64,000 nt of DNA from assembly GCA_963727625.1 (NCBI GenBank), contig CAVSHR010000002.1, forward strand, positions 757,575 through 821,574. The letters run 5' to 3'. This document shows, one piece after another, positions 59,818 through 64,000 of the stretch. A program made the translations under genes and the position numbers. The notes under the pieces are model-generated. The model saw only the letters and a program-made list of their open reading frames with translations. It searched no databases and was not told the DNA's origin. The DNA comes from an uncultured delta proteobacterium. Its GTDB lineage: Bacteria > Desulfobacterota > Binatia > UBA9968. Positions within the stretch are counted from its first letter, which is position 1. Each line of letters begins with the position of its first letter.

Positions 59818-60221
59818 TCAAACCTCGCGGTTTTCACCAATTTCTACAGCACCTACGTTTACCGGGTCACCTACGTCGTCTAGTAAGAAAACGAGCAGAA
59901 TCGCAGGGTCAGGTTGAGCTAGAATGCGCCATTTATCCTTCTTGTCGTAACCGTTGCGGATCATTTTTTAGTGCTTCCTAAACTTACCCGCCAGATCTCT
60001 TGCAACCTTAACAGGGAACCATTCAGCCAGTCTCGTCACTGACAAATGGGTGGCGACCCACGGCCGCAGCCAAACGTCGACTAATATTTCGCAATTATCT
60101 CCCGCTCCAACCGGGGAAAAAAGAAAGGGAAAAAAGAAAGGGGACGCGAACCTTTTTTTCCGTCGTGGCGGTGACTGGGCCCGCCTCTCCCTTAACGCCG
60201 CATAGAGGAGTCCAACGCCAA

Positions 60222-60613
60222 TTAGTATTTTGCTACTATTTCCGGCTCTAACCGCGTGAGCTCATCGGCGATCGCTTGCTGGTCTATTTTCCCGGCGATT
60301 TCCTCGTATCCGGCTTGCTTGACCATTGCCGGAAATCGGGTCTTGAGCTGCTCCAGAGTCCAGCGCACGGAATCTTCCACGCCTTCGTCCTTCATTTTGT
60401 GAGTTGAACGATCGTCGGAGACTCCGACGTGATAATGGGGGTTTTTGTAGAAGCAGTCGAAGCGCAGGATTCTTTTCCCGGCGTCTTCCGCGCCCGCGGT
60501 CGTGATGTCGAACGTCAGCCCTTCATCGCTGCCGCCGACACCGCTTCGGTGCGCGATGGTCATGCGCATCCCGGCTGCTCGATTACGATCGGATCGCTCT
60601 TTGCATTTTCCAT
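60222..60613 (-). CDS. Mirror copy of hypothetical paralogue 2 (1-nt deletion near 60570)
   Basis: Reverse complement of 57751-58143. Confidence 0.6.
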
Positions 60614-60724
60614 GGATCGGCCCTCCTTTGAAGATTGCGCCGATCTTCGCAGAAGTACGTTTCGACTGTCAAACTCGCGAGTGAGAGATTGGCGAGCTAA
60701 TAATCCAGGTCGGTGACGCCAGGC

Positions 60725-60985
60725 TCACTCCAGTGGGGCGATTTTTTGAAGTTCTTCCCGTGCACGAGCCCTGTGCCAGTCGTCGAGCAGCTCCTTCTGA
60801 TGAAGCGTGGCCCACTCGATCACCAAGCCGGTTACACGAGGCGGCAACCGTCCGGAAAACACCGCTAACGTACGAATATCGATCAACGCGAGTTCGCCGC
60901 CATATTCCGCGTGAAAGTGCGGCGGGTTGTGATCGTCGAAAAACATTTTGATCACGATGCCGAAGAAGCGACTTATTTCAGGCAT
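60725..60985 (-). CDS. Mirror copy of DUF4160 copy 2 (intact)
   Basis: 86 aa ORF MPEISRFFG..IAPLE. Confidence 0.65.
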   Translation of the reverse strand: MPEISRFFGIVIKMFFDDHNPPHFHAEYGGELALIDIRTLAVFSGRLPPRVTGLVIEWATLHQKELLDDWHRARAREELQKIAPLE

Positions 60986-61107
60986 GGGGAGAGAAAAAAG
61001 AGAAAAAAGGGACGCGAACCTTTTCTTCCGTGTCTTAACAGCGGATCATTGAACGAGACTTTCGCTTGACCAATCTCTGCCAACCTACCGTCTGCACCCA
61101 CCGTCGA

Positions 61108-61503
61108 TTAGTATTTAGCGAGTATTTCCGGTTCTAGCCGGGTGAGCTGATCGGTAATCGCATTCTGGTCGATACGCTCGGCGATTTCCTCGTAGCCAGC
61201 TTGTTTGACCATTGCAGGGAACCGGGTCTTGAGCTGATCCAAAGTCCAGCGGACCGGGTCGTCGATGCCTTCGTCCTTCATCTGTCGAGCGGCGTTTTCG
61301 CCGCCGGAGGCGCCGACGTGATAGTGAGGATTTTTGTAGAAGCAGTCGAAGCGCAGGATTCTTTTTCCCGCGTTTTCCGGGCCGACGGTTGTGATGTCGA
61401 ACGTCAGCCCTTCATCGCTGCCGCCGACACCGCTTCGGTGCGCGATGGTCATGCGCATGCCCGGCTGCTCGATGACGATCGGATCGGTCTTTGCGTTTTC
61501 CAT
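61108..61503 (-). CDS. Mirror copy of hypothetical paralogue 1
   Basis: Identical translation to 56860-57255. Confidence 0.65.
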   Translation of the reverse strand: MENAKTDPIVIEQPGMRMTIAHRSGVGGSDEGLTFDITTVGPENAGKRILRFDCFYKNPHYHVGASGGENAARQMKDEGIDDPVRWTLDQLKTRFPAMVKQAGYEEIAERIDQNAITDQLTRLEPEILAKY

Positions 61504-61613
61504 GTTCACCCCTCCTTGGAAGATGGCGCCGATCTTCGCAGAAGTACGTTTCAACTGTCAAACTCGCGAGTGAGAGATTGGCGAGCTAATAATCCAGGTC
61601 GGTGACGCCAGGC

Positions 61614-61874
61614 TCACTCCAGTGGGGCGATTTTTTGAAGTTCTTCCCGTGCACGAGCTCTGTGCCAGTCGTCGAGCAGCTCCTTCTGATGAAGCGTGGC
61701 CCACTCGATCACCAAGCCGGTTACACGAGGCGGCAACCGTCCGGAAAACACCGCTAACGTACGAATATCGATCAACGCGAGTTCGCCGCCATATTCCGCG
61801 TGAAAGTGCGGCGGGTTGTGATCGTCGAAAAACATTTTGATCACGATGCCGAAGAAGCGACTTATTTCAGGCAT
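61614..61874 (-). CDS. Mirror copy of DUF4160 copy 1
   Basis: Identical translation. Confidence 0.65.
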   Translation of the reverse strand: MPEISRFFGIVIKMFFDDHNPPHFHAEYGGELALIDIRTLAVFSGRLPPRVTGLVIEWATLHQKELLDDWHRARAREELQKIAPLE

Positions 61875-62151
61875 GGATGGAGTGATCCCGCAGCGCCGGA
61901 AAAATATCTTCGGGTTTCTTTCCGGTGACTTTGAGATAGAGCGAATCCGGGCACAGATCGATCTTGTCGCCCCAAACCAGCTCGCCCGACGTACCGATAC
62001 GAACCTGTTCGAAAAACCCTGGGTCGCTCCACGCAGCGAACACGCCCTTTCCGACCGCTTCCGAAAGATCGACGGTGCCGGTTGTTCCGTCATCGAATTC
62101 CAGCGCGATACGATATCCCGGCATGACGTCGGCCTTGGTAATTGGTCTCAT
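61867..62151 (-). CDS. Mirror copy of DUF2442
   Basis: One substitution (R to P) relative to the left arm. Confidence 0.65.
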   Translation of the reverse strand: MRPITKADVMPGYRIALEFDDGTTGTVDLSEAVGKGVFAAWSDPGFFEQVRIGTSGELVWGDKIDLCPDSLYLKVTGKKPEDIFPALRDHSIHA

Positions 62152-62272
62152 GGTCAATGCTCCTATACTATTTTAGCAAGAAGAGCCGACATCACGCTAG
62201 CCGTCAAAAGTCCGTCATCCGAGCGCGTCATACGGAGCGGTGCCGATGAAACAATACGATTGACCGTTCAGC

Positions 62273-62683
62273 CTACCTTCCCCGCTGCTGGGAAAACTGC
62301 GGGATCGAGTGCAAGTCCATGACCCAGTCGCGGGCGGAGCGGCACCAACCCTGGGACTTTGGCTTCAGCTCGCGCCGCTGGCGGGAGCTGCTGACGCGGA
62401 TGTTGAACACCTGCGGGTCTTCCGGAGCGGCGGAGTAGAGCGCCGTGCCGCACTCGGGGCAGAACGCCTGGGCGCGCTTGGCGCCGCTCTCGGCGGTCTT
62501 GATGTAGATTTTCGGCTGTCCGCCGCTCAGGCGAAAGTTCTCTTTGGTCGCGGGGACGCTCATGCGGAAGGCAGAGCCCGAAAACGTCTGGCAGTCCGTG
62601 CAGTGGCAGATGCCGGTCCGCTCGGGATCGATCTCCGCTACTTAGGTTATGTTACCGCAATGGCAAGCGCCGTCGATCTTCAT
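62273..62683 (-). pseudogene. Mirror copy of the GFA gene with a TAC>TAA stop
   Basis: Reverse complement of 55680-56090, stop near 62642. Confidence 0.6.
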
Positions 62684-62723
62684 AGAGATCTTCCTCCACG
62701 TGCTTTCGAAACAACCGCTCCAA

Positions 62724-63043
62724 CTAGGCTCTAATCCGCACCAGCTGTCCAGGTTGAAGTGTTGCCAGCACTCGCAACAGCTCCGGAATAGCGGCGCGCA
62801 AATCTTTGATGTCGTTGCTCGGTGCTTGGATCAAAACTAAAGCAAGTGCAGTACCGGCGAGATCCATTGGTAGTGGATTCCTTGATTTACCGTGACCAGC
62901 GCGTCGAACTGAGAAGCCGCACGTTGCAGCAACTCCCCGTTTTTCACTCCGGCCCATTCCATATCGGCAACAGTTTTTACCTCATGTCCCGGGACTTCGC
63001 TCCGCAGTCTCCGCGGAACGCACTCGTCAAGCAGCACTCGCAT
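62724..63043 (-). pseudogene. Mirror copy of DUF5615 (frameshift near 62866)
   Basis: Reverse complement of 55319-55639. Confidence 0.6.
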
Positions 63044-63253
63044 CGGCGTAGACCAGCAGCTTCATTCCCTGCTCTAAAACCGTCACCGCCTGAGTCCGGG
63101 TCACCGTTGGAAAGTCATCCAGGAAGTCATCCAGTGTGTGTCCCCCTTCGATGTAATCAAGAAGCGCTTTACAGGTACCCGTGTACCGACAAAAACAGGG
63201 GTTCCACCTAGAACCTCCGGATCGCGGTGCACAACCATGTCGTCAGTTTTCAT
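63027..63253 (-). pseudogene. Mirror copy of DUF433 (1-nt deletion near 63170)
   Basis: Reverse complement of 55108-55335. Confidence 0.6.
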
Positions 63254-63349
63254 GGCCACTCCTCTTGTGGTGATTTTAGCACCAATCTCCCCGTGCAGCT
63301 AACCGACAATCAAGACGTGATCGCAGGCCTCTTCCCAGCCGCTGTTCAA

Positions 63350-64000
63350 TTACAAACGATATAGCTCCGCCGCGTTTTTCCACAAAACTCTTTCCCGTGC
63401 TTCCTTCGACACACCCTTGAAACAATGATCGATAGTTTCCTGGGTGCGCGGCCAGGTGGAATTGGCGAGCGGGAGATTGGCCGACCAGAGGATGTGATCG
63501 GCGCCGATGTAATCGGTGAAGGGCGCGATCGGGTCGTACCAGGAGTTGAAAAAGCACTGGCGCTTGAACATCTGCGACGGCGTGAGATCGTATCTCGTGG
63601 GCGAGACCGTCATGTTCGAACTGGTGATCGGCCCATTCTAGATAGAGCATACCCCAACTGAGCGCGCTCTCGGCCAAGACCAAGCGCAGTTTCGGATGAC
63701 GCAGCAGGACGCGCGAGAACGAGTAAAGCGAGAGCACGAACACACTCGACACCGGCTTGGTCACCGCGTCGATGGCAGCGGCTAACGCCGGCTTCATCTG
63801 TGGTGGTAGCGGCGACTGCCACTCCGGCGAGGCCCCGGCGTGGAGACAGACCGGCACATTCAACTCTTCGCAAGCCGACCAGAACGGATCGTACTCCGGG
63901 CCGCTGATGTGGGGGACCTTGCGCAGGTGCATGGGCAAGGACGGAAAGATCACGCCGCGATGGCCTTTGGCCACGGCACGCTTGGCCTCGGTGATCGCCG
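63350..64000 (-). pseudogene. Mirror copy of the amidohydrolase 3' half (frameshift near 63596)
   Basis: Reverse complement of 54359-55011. Confidence 0.6.

Larger units (their letters stand above)
54359..64000. repeat. Giant inverted duplication (palindrome), arms ~4.8 kb, centre 59180, runs off the window end
   Basis: 59182-64000 is the reverse complement of 54359-59178 apart from scattered substitutions and indels. Centre is TGAGCACG-GCA-CGTGCTCA. Confidence 0.97.

Noticed and set aside
59182-64000. A second independent set of TA, GFA and amidohydrolase genes
   Set aside because: They are the reverse-complement mirror of 54359-59178, not independent loci.
1-64000. CRISPR array, tRNA, rRNA, transposase
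   Set aside because: No regularly spaced repeats, cloverleaf or rRNA signatures, or transposase ORFs were seen.

Overview
GC-rich bacterial chromosomal DNA whose gene content resembles Candidatus Binatia/Binatota-type Deltaproteobacteria (an inference from the large number of solute-binding proteins and a characteristic hypothetical family). 1-13.3 kb: substrate-binding protein array with five TctC/Bug paralogues around a fused TctA-TctB permease, then pal. 13.3-23 kb (minus strand): a partly decayed kaiC-kaiB-PAS kinase-receiver-hybrid kinase signalling locus. 23.9-38.4 kb: orphan binding proteins and assorted enzymes, including an orphan glmL. 38.8-41.5 kb: a lower-GC stand-alone A-T-TE NRPS-like gene. 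41.9-55 kb: catabolic cluster (cupin, MBL hydrolase, crotonase, citryl-CoA lyase-like, CoA transferase, TAXI-like protein, Mo-hydroxylase, UbiD, two amidohydrolases). 55.1-59.2 kb: toxin-antitoxin/defence island with a tandem duplication and a restriction-endonuclease gene, probably fused to a STAND NTPase. Everything from about 54359 to 64000 is one giant palindrome centred on 59180. Its arms carry independent indels and stops, so it is most likely a fold-back sequencing or amplification chimera, and the genes after 59182 are mirror copies. No rRNA, tRNA or CRISPR array was seen.
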